Positions 51,611-64,000 of a stretch of 64,000 nt of DNA are shown here, one piece after another (position 1 is the stretch's first letter; every line of letters starts with the position of its first letter). The stretch lies in contig NEEC01000015.1 of NCBI GenBank assembly GCA_002189035.1, positions 62,001 to 126,000 on the forward strand. The letters are read 5' to 3'. Source of the DNA: Utricularia gibba (taxonomy: Eukaryota > Plantae > Magnoliophyta). The notes below the pieces were generated by a model. That model was given only the letters and a program-made list of their open reading frames with translations, did not search any database and was not told where the DNA came from. Position numbers and translations under genes: made by a program.

Positions 51611-54600
51611 ATGGAGGGCGAATCCAGAAGAGGAGTAGGAAATCTGGTGGCTTTGACGGGGGCGGCTGCTTTACTTGCCGTAGCAGTCAACTTTGCCATT
51701 GCTACACTCAACTCACATTTGAAGAATCGCAAGAAAAAAGGTATAAGCAGCGCAAACACTCAATCTTGATCGTGGGGCCCTATGTTCATGTTTCCAAAGG
51801 TGTCGCAGGTGGCCGCTATCTGTTTTTTAATCTTTCCAGATGTGGGTAACAAAAAAGGTTATTGAAACTTGTTGTCTAAAGAACCTGGCTTGAATGTAAA
51901 CGAGTGAGATCTCGAGTTTACTGCTTTCCCAGTGAAAATGTATCCCGGGTCTGTTTTTGGCCTGTTCAACGTAACTGAGGTATTATTCGAAACTTGAAAT
52001 TCGTGCATGATTCCTAGTAACATTTTAAAATTCTTAAAACTTTCAGGACTTCTGGGAACAAGTGTCCAAATAAACCTGTCGGCTTCCGAAATATTGAGGT
52101 TGGCAGATCACATTGTGGAAAAATCCAAGCAAGTTCATGATGCCGTTGCTACAGTTCCTCTCGGCAAGGTACTTAGTTTTCTTGAAGGAAGATATTGATA
52201 AAAGAAAGGGAGTGAATCTAGTTGCGCTTTGTGCCGGTTCTCTTATCATCTTTGCTCGTGTATTATTGCCATTATGATATAAGAGTGCATTTTTTTGTCT
52301 GCTGTTAGGTGAGTTATGCCAATTCAGTACAGCTACTGGCCGAATTAGAAGCACAACAGTTTCCTCTAATACAATCCTGTGCATTCCCTAAATTGGTGTC
52401 TGTTTCTGAGGATATTCGTAAAGCAAGCATTGAAGCTGAGCAAAGAATCGATGCCCATTTTTTTGCATGCAGGTTCTAATTTAGAGTCACTTTCCATTTT
52501 CTTCTATTTATGTGGCACTGCATTTGATAATTCCAAGGGATATACCATAGTTTTGTAAAAGAATCAGAATTACTTGTTTGATTTTCTAACATTACTCTTT
52601 TTTTGAGAATCATGCAGTAGACGTGAAGATGTTTATCGTGTTATTAAGGCTTTCACAAGACAGGAGAGCCAAAAAAGCTCTGAAGTCTATCGTTTTGCAA
52701 AAAGTTTGGTACGATCTGTTTAGCATGTCTTGGGTTTTGGTTACAATTTACTAGTTCTCCACGTTTGGTGGCCTATCTGTGGTAGAAACTTAGTATGTTG
52801 TCTATGCATGTACATGGCGTATCTCTGTGATGGCAACACTCCGTGCAATGTTCTTGATGCCTTGCATGAGTGATGTATATATGGGTCAAGTTTATATGTT
52901 ACAATGTTTAGTGACAGATTAAAGATTTTGTACGGAACGGATTGGATCTTACCTCCACCAAAAGGGAAGAGTTGCAGCGTCTGAAGGCTAAGATTGACGA
53001 GCTAAGCTTGAGATACATCAGAAATCTGAATGATGATAGTTCATTTCTCCATTTTGATGAAAAAGAACTGGAAGGTCTGCCCCTCGAGTTTCTCAAGGTT
53101 AGAGAATGTGATTCGTCTACTGATTCTACTCTAGCATACCAACATTTATATACTACTCATCAAAGATCCAGATGCCTTTTCCATTCGGAGTTCTCTTTTT
53201 TGGATTCCCATATTTTGCACCTTAGCACAATAAAAGTCCATTTGTTCCAGAGTTTGGACAGGGCAGAGGATGGAAGGTACAAAGTACTCTTAAGAAGCCA
53301 TCATGTTTCTCCCATCCTAGAGCTCTGCAAGGTTGGACCTTTTGAAACCATTTCTATATTTTTTTCCTTCTTAGATGAAGTAGTAATTTAATTTACATCA
53401 CTTTTTTGGTAACGTGACTCAAAATCATTGTCCCTTCTTTGTTGATGTAAACCATTTTTTCTCATAAGTATATTATCATTACGTAGGTGGGATCCACCAG
53501 GAAAACTGTTGCTGTGAATTATGGCAGAAGATGCGAAGTGAATGTTTCTGTCTTGAAGGCTCTGGTAAAGATTGCTCTTTAAGACTACTTTTATGCATCT
53601 TGTTTTGATTCAGTTTTATCAACTATGCTTTTCTGACATTTTAGTACACTGAAATTTAGTGATACTTGCATTTGTGTTGACGACTTGTTCTTATATATTG
53701 AAATTTCTGAATGCAAAGCAACTGTTCTTTCTTTTTTCTAGGTTCAGTGTCGTCACAAACTTGCCAGATTGCTCGGTTTTGCAAGTTATGCAGATTATGC
53801 TGTCGATTCTCGAATGGCAGGCAAATCTCAAAAGGTTTCTACTATCTGATAACAGTAGCTCCACATTTGATGCTGTGATTTCATGTAAAATTGGCCAGCA
53901 TAGTGCTCTTCTGGTCTGCTGATAAAAAGTGCAAGCTCTTCTGATGCAGCCCCCAGGGAACTATAAATGAGAGTTTCATTTGTGTATAAATTACATATCT
54001 TGCCTTGCTTGATCTTACATATACCCGTGTCTTTAAGGTTGTGGAGTTTTTGGAGAATATTTCAGCTAAAGTAGCGGGAATGGCATCCAAAGAACTTTCT
54101 CTTCTAAAGGAAGTCAAGGTTGGCATGTTATTGTTATCTTTTACCTATCAAGCACCCTCTGAAAATTGATTTTCGCGCTAAAGAGAAGCGAGGAGGGGGA
54201 TTTTCCTTTTGGGGTTGAAGACCTGCCATTCTATGTCAAGAAAATCAAAGAGCATACGCTTGGCATCGACTTCGGAGTCATCAAACAGCACTTCCCTCTA
54301 GATCTAGTTATATCTGGGATGCTCAAAATAACCCAAGACCTTTTTGGTAATTATATATATATTCTTCTGACGTAACTTATAAATGCATATTTGCACAACA
54401 GTCTGGATGAGGCATGTATACATCCTTCTAATGCTGAATAATGAATGAAGGATTAAGCTTCGAGGAAGTGCTTGATGCAGAAGTTTGGCACCAGGATGTG
54501 CAACTTTTTTCGGTTATAGACTTGCCTTTGGGTGAACACATGGGATACTTTTATCTTGATATATATGCCAGGTTTATTTGCTTAGTTCTCTCCATCAAGT

Positions 54601-56132
54601 CAAGTCAATCGTCTGTCACCTTGGAGATATAGTCATGCAATGCATTTCTTTGCATAGGGAAGGAAAGTATGGTCACACATGTGTTGTGCCTCTTCAAAAT
54701 GGTACATGCTCTAACAATATTCGACAGGTAATCTGATCGTTGAGTTCCTTTTGCTTGTTTAGATGGTCTATTTCTTTATCATTAGCCTGTTCTCTTTTTT
54801 TTTTCAGATTCCCGTGGCTTTGTTGATTAGTCAGTTACAAAAGGAAGCCAGTGGGCATCCCAGCCTTTTGAGATTTTCTGAAGTTGTGAATTTGTTCCAT
54901 GAGTTTGGTCATGTGGTATGATTTATATGCAGTGAATGCTTTATTTGCAATGCCTATTCGTTTCATCTATGGCCTAAGCTCATGAACAATTCTCATGGTG
55001 TCAGATCCACCATCTATGCAGTCGATCATCTTTCTCTAGATTTTCTGGCTTACGCCTTGATCCTGACTTCGTTGAGATCCCCTCACTTTTACTGGAGAAC
55101 TGGTAAGCATAACTGTTCAGGGTAATGTATCGTAGTCTGCTTACCAGCAATTTCTTCTCAGGTGTTATGAAAGTGAAGCTCTCAAACTGATCTCTGGCTT
55201 TCACCAGGTATTTTTATTAATGAATACTCATTTATTGAGATGTGTTTTCCTGGGAACTTTGAAGTGTGATGCAATCCTGTTCTAACAACTCTAGGATATC
55301 ACAAAGCCTCTGGAGGAAGAGGTATGCAAATCACTAAAGAGTTGGAGGTCCTACTTCTCTGCACTTAAAATCAAACAGGAAGTCCTCTATTGTAAGTCTT
55401 CCAGTTCACCGAACTCATAGTTTCTTCATTTCCTTGTTCACCTAGTTTCGAATTAGTACCGTGATCTGCAGGTCTGTTTGATCAGAAAATACACTCCACG
55501 GAGGATATAGACATGATTGAATTGTTCCGCGATCTCCATCCAAAGGTACTTCCTGCGCCTGCTGCCTGTTAGTTCTTGTATACAGAGTCCTGCATTGATA
55601 TCCTTATTCTTGTTTGTTGCAGATTATGCTGGGGTTACCGATGTTAGAAGGAACACACCCGGCGTCGTGTTTTCCACGAACAGCCATAGGCTATGAAGCT
55701 ACTTGCTATAGCCGGCTATGGAGCGAGGTCCGAGTAACAGCTTTTTCATTGCCAAGTCATCAAAATTTGCAGTCTTTGTTTACAATCTGCTAAAAAAGTT
55801 ACAAGAAGTTTGTGTGAAGGGTTGGTTGGTTACCTTTTGCTCCCCCAACAGGTGTTTGCTGCTGATATATTCTCAGCCAAGTTTTCAGATGGCATACTTA
55901 ACCAGAACGCTGGCATTGGGTTTAGGAACAAGGTAGGGGGCTGGCCCTCTGATACACTCTCGTTTCAACTAAGACTTTGTACAAGGAGGAGATCCCTCCT
56001 GCTAATTCTGATCCTTGTTCTGTCATTTGGAAGGTATTGAGTCAGGGAGGAAAAGACCCTTTAGAGCTTTTGTCTGATTTTCTTGGGAGGAAACCTTCTG
56101 CGGAAGCCTTCATAAATGATAGAGTTAGTTGA
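51611..56132 (+). CDS. Thimet oligopeptidase-like M3 metallopeptidase (At1g67690-like)
   Basis: N-terminal hydrophobic segment LTGAAALLAVAVNFA, HEFGH zinc motif at about 54898, EIPSLLLENW, YSRLWSEV and a last exon ending AFINDRVS*. Confidence 0.9.
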
Positions 56133-56652
56133 GTCCCTGTTACTCGGCAGCTCAAGGTATTCAGAAGATTTTGTATTATTATTAGCATCGCCATTCGACG
56201 CCAAGAATACTTAATCTTGTACCAGGGGGACAAACACCTCTGTGCCTGAAAAATGCGCATGTTTCCTAAAATATATATGTATATTTATTCTACCGTATAG
56301 GATGCTTTGGGACGAAGTACATGCAATTTCGTAGAGCAACCAAACTGTACGTAGTATGTATGCATGCCTTGTGCCGATCTGTCGAAAATCCTTTTCGAAG
56401 GCTTGACATAGTGAAAGCGGCAATTGCTTTCCCGTCCCATCGGAAAAACAAAGCTGGGGTCTTTTGATTTATTACGACTGCGATGTCGCAAAAGACAGAC
56501 GGACATTCCAGCTTTCCCTCGGGGAGTATATATTATTTTACTACAGTTTTGGACCGAATTTTCCCATGTTTGTGTTATGTCATGCATTGATTGAAGCTTC
56601 TGCTTATCTTCTTCGGCTCAACTTAACTGCAGCGCCCTCCGTTCCTGGAGAA

Positions 56653-57962
56653 ATGACGGCATCGTCATATTCGTGGCTGATCCCACTCCTCTCCCTCGTG
56701 GGTTTCATCTCCCTCCTCGCTCCCTCGGTTTCTTTCCTCAAATGGGTCTACACCAACTTCTTCCGGGCACCCAAAGATCTGAAATCCTACGGTCCATGGG
56801 CCTTAATCACCGGAGCGACGGATGGAATCGGTAAGGCCTTCGCCTTCAAACTCGCCTCCGCCGGCCTGAATCTCGTCCTCGTCAGCCGCGACCGCGCAAA
56901 ACTGGAAAGGGTCTCCGGAGAAATCCAGCAAAAGCATCCTCCAGTCGAAATCCGAGTCTTCGATATCGATTTCGCGGCAGACGACGCCGTTTCGAAGATC
57001 TGCTGTCTGGGTGATGCCGTCGAGGATATCGAGATCGGGGTTCTGGTTAACAACGTGGGGGTGACGTATCCTGGAGCCATGTATTTCCATCAAGTGGAGG
57101 AGGAAATCTGGATGAAGCTTGTGAAGGTTAATGTCGTGGGAACAAGCTGCGTGACCAAGATCCTTGTGCCGAGGATGGTGGCCCGCGGAAGAGGAGCGGT
57201 AGTGAACATCGGCTCCGGCGCCTCCGTCGCCGTACCTTCTCACCCCCTCTACGCCGTCTACGCCGCCACCAAAGCGTAAGTTCTCCGATCTCTCCGCACG
57301 CAACATTTATTGCAGCTGCCGCTGGGCAGCAGGCATGCCCATATGCAGCTCAACCCAGTTAACGATATACCGTGAAAAACAAAAGTAAAAATACTTTTCG
57401 GGGGAGGGGGGGTGGGGTGCATGCGTATATGTGAAGTTTTGAAAGTTGGGTGGTATATGCATGTGGGTACCTGCTGGCATGTTAATTGGTAGGGTAGGTG
57501 GCACGTGGACTGCGGTTGGTTTCCGATTTTTTGTACTTTGTGTGGCAGGTACGTGGATCGGGTGAGTCAGAGCATTTACGTGGAGTACAAGCGCTACGGG
57601 GTGGACGTCCAGTGTCAAGTAAGTACTGGTGTCGCCAGCCAGGCATTCATCGGGCTGCCCTGCTGAATGCTGATGCCTGCCTCTCTTGTCTGTCTTTGCC
57701 CGCCCAGGTCCCTCTCTACGTGTCCACAAAAATGGCCTCCCAAGTGGCGTTCAAGGGAAAGCCGTCCCTCTTCGTGCCCACGGCGGAGGGCTACGCGGAG
57801 GCTGGCGCAAGGTTCATTGGGCGTGAGCGGCGATGCACCCCCCACTGGGCTCATTCGCTGCAGTGCTTCTTGGCTTCGCTCTTGCCCGACGCCCTCCTCG
57901 ACGCCTGGAGGCTTTCCATTGGGCTCAAAAGGCGAGACGAGACGCACGCCCTGAAAATTTAG
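56653..57962 (+). CDS. KCR2: Very-long-chain 3-oxoacyl-CoA reductase-like SDR (KCR2/At1g24470 type)
   Basis: Exons 56653-57275, 57549-57618, 57708-57962. Motifs TGATDGIG, NNVG and VPSHPLYAVYAATKAY (YxxxK). Confidence 0.9.
57400..57417 (+). other. G-rich tract (G5-A-G7-T-G4) in KCR2 intron 1, potential G-quadruplex
   Basis: Read directly from the sequence. Folding is not demonstrated. Confidence 0.35.
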
Positions 57963-58358
57963 GCTACTTAAAAAATCATCGTCTTGTCTAAGATGCATGA
58001 AAATTGCTGCCTTCTTTCCCTGTGGACGGACAGTGGATATACGCAATATGTAACAGTATATGTGAGTTGTGACACGACACAACGCTTGTCAAAATGCATC
58101 TTTGGGATTCGTTCCGTCAACAAATGAATCTGAATATGTGTGATTGAGATGAGGATAATTGCAATCCAATCCAAGGGGTTCCGGTTTCGCAGGAAACACC
58201 CACCAAGGTGCGGTGCGGACTCGACTCGAGTCGAATTGGGCCCCGGATTGGTGATTCTGGGATTTCCCACGAATTCCTGGCTCAGCGCTTTGAGATTCTA
58301 GTGCTAGGTTTTGGGGGATATTTGGTAGAAAGTTGCTTTTCTGAAGCAGATGGACGGT

Positions 58359-59276
58359 ATGGGCGATGAGGAGAATGACGCCGTGCTGAGCGATGTGGAG
58401 GGGGATGATCCATTGCCTGTTGACACCAAGCCGTGGAGAATATCTCTGAGGAGAAGTTCCGGAAACTTTTACTTGAACTGATCGTGAGAGATTAGCCCGT
58501 GGGGCTGCAGAGAGGGCAAAGAATGACCTCCAGGTGTCGATGAATCGTCTTAAAGCGCTGTGCCATGAGGCTATCAAGAAGAGGGATGAGTCCTTCCGGA
58601 AGCGTGCTGAATCGTCTTAGTTACTCAATTTGTTGTTTTCCTAGCAGATTGAAGGGCTTCTGACGGATATTTCTACCGCGGAGGAAGAAATAGCACGATG
58701 GAAGGTGGCAGCACAGCAGGAAGCTGAAGCAGGAAAAGCAGTTGAACAGCAATGTGCATCACAGGTATGCCAATATTTACTAGAAGTTGGTCGTACAGAT
58801 AGATGGATGTCCTGATTTCAGCTAGTGGTCTGGAGTCGCAGTGGTACTTATTCATGATCCAGAGATGTTCTGGGTAGCATTCTTCCTCAACATCTTGATT
58901 TGCTTCCAATTATGTGATCCAGTTGGCGTCAGTGCGCCAGGAGCTTGAAGAGGCTCGACAAGCTGTGATGGAGGCGGAGAAAAAGCTTGAGCTCAAGGAA
59001 CAAACGGCAGAAGCAGCGATGGCAGCAAGAGATGCAGCTGAGAAATCGTTGAGATTGGCTGATACCAGAGCTTCAAAACTTTGGGATCGAGTCGAGGTGC
59101 TTACTCGACATCTGGAAGAGCTGGATGCCCGCGAAACGTCGAGATCTGGAGCTGCTAGGCCGAGGTACGTCTGCTGGCCGTGGCAGTGGTTAGGCCTGAA
59201 CTTCTTAGGGCCACAGCGCCCCGACACTCCAAGGCAAACTGCCAACGAGATGGAGCTCTCTGAACCGTTTCTTTGA
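58359..59276 (+). pseudogene. Internally deleted At1g24560/At3g49055-like coiled-coil gene
   Basis: MGDEENDAVLSDVEGDDP [frameshift] ISEEKFRKLLLE [frameshift] DRERLAR..LQVSMNRLKALCHEAIKKRDES..*, then directly the last two exons IEGLLTDISTAEEEIARWKVAA (58648-58764) and ..RYVCWPWQWLGLNF..NEMELSEPFL* (58923-59276). Confidence 0.8.
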
Positions 59277-59990
59277 TTCTTTGTCGTGTGATGATACTTC
59301 TCAAGAAAAATAAATGAACTGTACAGAGCGTTCTGTTCGTTCTTTTTCATTACCACCGGCATCAGTTCATTCTCTTGGCATTATTACTATCCGTGTTTTA
59401 AATTTGATAATTGTAATCTTTTATATCCAATTTAATAAAAATTAAAAAACACGAAATTAAAATATATTTTTTTATTTTTCGTTTATAATAAGCCAAATTC
59501 GATTCTAAATCAATAAATAGTTTTAATATAATTTTAAAATTACAAATACGATATTTTTAGAAAGATAAATTTAATTTAATTTTTTAACCTCACGTGTCAC
59601 GGGTCCGTGAACTTTACCCAGCCGATTTCGGAACGCATTTGTCCTTTTCGATGGTTTCTTTGACCAAATTGGTGTCATCTCCTCCAGCTTCTTACCTTTA
59701 CCTTTGATAATAAGCGATGATCTCTTACCCAAATTTCTCATGTAATAAGGAAATTAGCAGAAAAGCCAAATGCACTTTTGCCTTGAGATGTTGAAGAGAA
59801 GCCAAATGTCGGTTTTCTTCCTCACGTTCAACACTTGACCGATTCTGCTTTGAGTTGCTGCGCCATTTGTTATCATCTTTCTTCTCTAGAAAACTGTAGG
59901 ACTAGTCTGCATAGCAACAACTGTGCAGTCAATCCATTCGGAGGAGACGTGGAATTCCATAAAACACAAGGAGCTTTGAAGAATCGGAAA

Positions 59991-61337
59991 ATGAAGGCAC
60001 TTATCACTGTTTTCGTTTCCCTGCTTTCACTGACCTCCTCATCTGCTTGTGAGTTTCCGGCGGTTTTCAACTTCGGCGACTCCAACTCCGACACCGGCGG
60101 CTTGTCGGCGGCCTTCGGTCAGGCCAGTCCGCCCAACGGCGAGACTTACTTTCATCGCCCCGCTGGGCGCTACTCTGATGGCAGACTCATAATTGATTTT
60201 CTCGGTAATGACCGCCAGTTTATTATGATTATTGCTTCCCGTTGTTTACCATTCTGACTGTTTCTGTGTCTGCATGCTTGCAGTGGAAAAGCTGGAGCAC
60301 CCACATCTGAGTGCGTTTCTTGACGCACTAGGCTCTAACTTCAGCCACGGAGCCAATTTCGCAACAGCGGGATCAACTATCAGACCCCAGAACACAACTC
60401 TGCATCAGAGTGGCTACAGCCCAATCTCACTCAACGTGCAGTACTATGAATTCAATGACTTCCATAGGAGGTCTCAGGTGATACGGCGTGAAGGCGGGCA
60501 AGCTTTCAAAGGACTGATGCCAAGGCCTGAGTATTTCTCGCAAGCTCTGTACGCATTCGATATCGGCCAAAATGATCTCACCGCTGGTTATTTCTTCAAC
60601 CTCACCACGGATCAAGTGAGAGCTCAGATACCCGATATCCTGGATCAGTTCAAGACCATTTTGAAGGTAAATAAGGGATAGATGATTTCCTTATTTAAAA
60701 GAGGCCTAATGATATCTCTGTGCAGTACATATATGAGGGTCATGGAGGGAGATCCTTTTGGATCCACAACACAGGGCCAGTAGGTTGCTTGCCTTATGTC
60801 ATGGATGGTCTCCCAGTCACTAAAGCGCAGCTCGACAAAGTCGGATGCGCAATCCCCTACAATGAAGTGGCTCGCTATTTCAACCTGAAACTTAAAGAAG
60901 CTGTGGTTCAGCTCAGGAAAGATCTACCATCAGCAGCCTTGACATATGTTGATGTCTACTCTGTCAAATATGAACTCATCAGTAATGCCAAGAAGCATGG
61001 TATGCCATGGCCCCTCTATCAAAAGAGCCTGTTTGCATTGGTTGGATACAAATAGCGTTAATGTGTTGATTCAAATGCAGGGTTTGTGCACCCATTACGA
61101 GCATGTTGTGGGCATGGAGGGAAGTATAACTACAACAGGAGGATTGGGTGTGGAAGGAAGATCAAGGTGAATGGAACGGAAATAACAATTGGATCATGCG
61201 AGGATCCATCTGTTATGATCAACTGGGACGGGGTTCACTACACTGAAGCTGCTAATAAATGGGTTTTTGAGCAAATTGTGATCGGAAACTTCTCAGATCC
61301 TCCAGTTTCCTTGACAAGAGCCTGCCACAAAAACTAA
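59991..61337 (+). CDS. GDSL esterase/lipase (FXG1/At3g26430-like), secreted
   Basis: Signal peptide, FPAVFNFGDSNSDTGG, GRYSDGRL, GANFATAGST, DIGQND and INWDGVHYTEAAN, over five exons. Confidence 0.93.
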
Positions 61338-62798
61338 ACCAGAGTAACAGGGCACCTTGTACTCCGATGAAATAAGCTCATCATCAAGACAACACCCTTA
61401 GACTCAACAAATGAGGATTGTTTGCATTTCAAACAAAGTTTTTTCTACTGCGAACTTTTGTTGGCTGATGTTCGCATGGTAAGAAGCTTGCGAAACTTGT
61501 CCATAAATCCAATATATGACCACAAAATCAAAGTGGGCGCTGAAACGAACTTGAAAAAGGCAATCAAAGCAAGGAACCTGAAAGGTGGCTCATGGATTGC
61601 GCAGCGCTGATGGCTACTGTGGGTCGAAAGCCCTGGTCCTCTTACCCTTGGATTTAGGATCGGGGCCGGATGCCTGCTTTCAAGCTCTTGCGTAGGAAAG
61701 TTGAATTCTACTGCGCAAAAGCCAACTGCAAGAATCAAAGCTCTGCATGACCCCTTCTGTTGGCACACATATGGGCAAATCAATTGTTCCCTCAGCAGTG
61801 TTTGCATGTTGGAAAACCATTGAGCAACAAGATTCAGGCCCAAGATGACTCCTGCGTGTTAGGTGGATCATGGCTACAAGTTAATGGGATGTGCATACCT
61901 GAGCATTTGCTGTGTACAAAGATTGACAGAGATTCCCAACATATTTCGTTTTGACGATGAATATCTTGGCCCTTGGGGAGGGGAGTGGCAATATGGGTAA
62001 TTTGCTAACTCGTGATGGCTATTTGGTAAATATTCACAATGGGCTCCTTTTATCTTGTGAACGCCGTGTCAGCGTTGGCCGTAAGCAGTTTCTCCTCGTG
62101 TTCTCCTGCGTGATAGCTATTGTGTTGGAGATTGGTACGTAATTTCTTGAGATCGCTGATCTTGTCTTGGATCTGATGGCATCTGAATTTCTTTAGCGGT
62201 GGTTCTTAGATTTCGGTATTTTCAACCTGTGTTGAAGGTTTCTCCGATTCTGCAATTTCATTATTTTGTTCCGTGGAACCTCCTCGATTTTTAGACGAGT
62301 GGTCTTGTTTGAAGTTGCCTTGGAGGTTTTTCTAATGCACCAGCCTTTTTATTTGGATGAGCCGATTGTTTGACTGTGTATTTTCTTGTGCATGAAATGC
62401 ATCCTTACCCATCCCCGGGTTGGTGCTGGTTTTGTACTGATCGGGAACCGTCTCTTTCGGTTCAGATCTATTGGTGCTTCTGTTCGGTTTTTTTTTTAAA
62501 TTTTTTTTTTGGTAATTACCGAGGGTGCTACTGCGAATGATTTTTAAGAAAACTGAATGGGATTCCGCTTTGCAACGTATACCAGAATATTCCAATCGTT
62601 CTTCGCAAATATTACTACAAGATTTAAGATTGTCTTATTTCTTTTTTCATACGTATGACTCACAATATGGACTGAAAGAATGACCCAAGTTATGTAAGTA
62701 TAGACACTTTCGCCTGTGTATAATTGAGGGAACAATGATTAGTGGTATTCCTGTTATAACGATCTGGCTTCATCAGAGAAACTATTTATATTTCATGA

Positions 62799-64000
<1,202 letters not shown>

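Noticed and set aside
61445-62142. ORFs between the GDSL and ARF genes
   Set aside because: No homology recognised. Probably the ARF promoter and 5' UTR region.

Overview
Gene-dense nuclear DNA from a eudicot with a very compact genome. Many introns are only 60-120 nt, intergenic gaps are often under 500 bp, and no transposon ORFs are recognisable. The architecture suggests Lentibulariaceae (Utricularia/Genlisea), but that is inference only. I reconstructed about 21 protein-coding genes by hand from splice sites and recalled homology, plus two identical tRNA-Val(AAC) genes in inverted orientation. There are also four decayed or truncated gene remnants that the ORF track misses: a VNI2-like NAC, an SBP-less SPL2/10/11-clade fragment, an Lhca2-like copy and an internally deleted At1g24560-like gene. 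The two most unusual observations are these. (1) A complete tRNA-Val gene supplies the last four codons and the stop codon of a metal-dependent amidohydrolase, so the mRNA and tRNA overlap in the same sense. (2) An SPL remnant has lost its DNA-binding domain but keeps a canonical miR156 site and plausible splice sites, head-to-head with the miR394 target LCR. Several 1-bp deletions in short homopolymers break otherwise intact genes and may be assembly errors. Arabidopsis locus IDs and homologue sequences are recalled from memory, not from a search.
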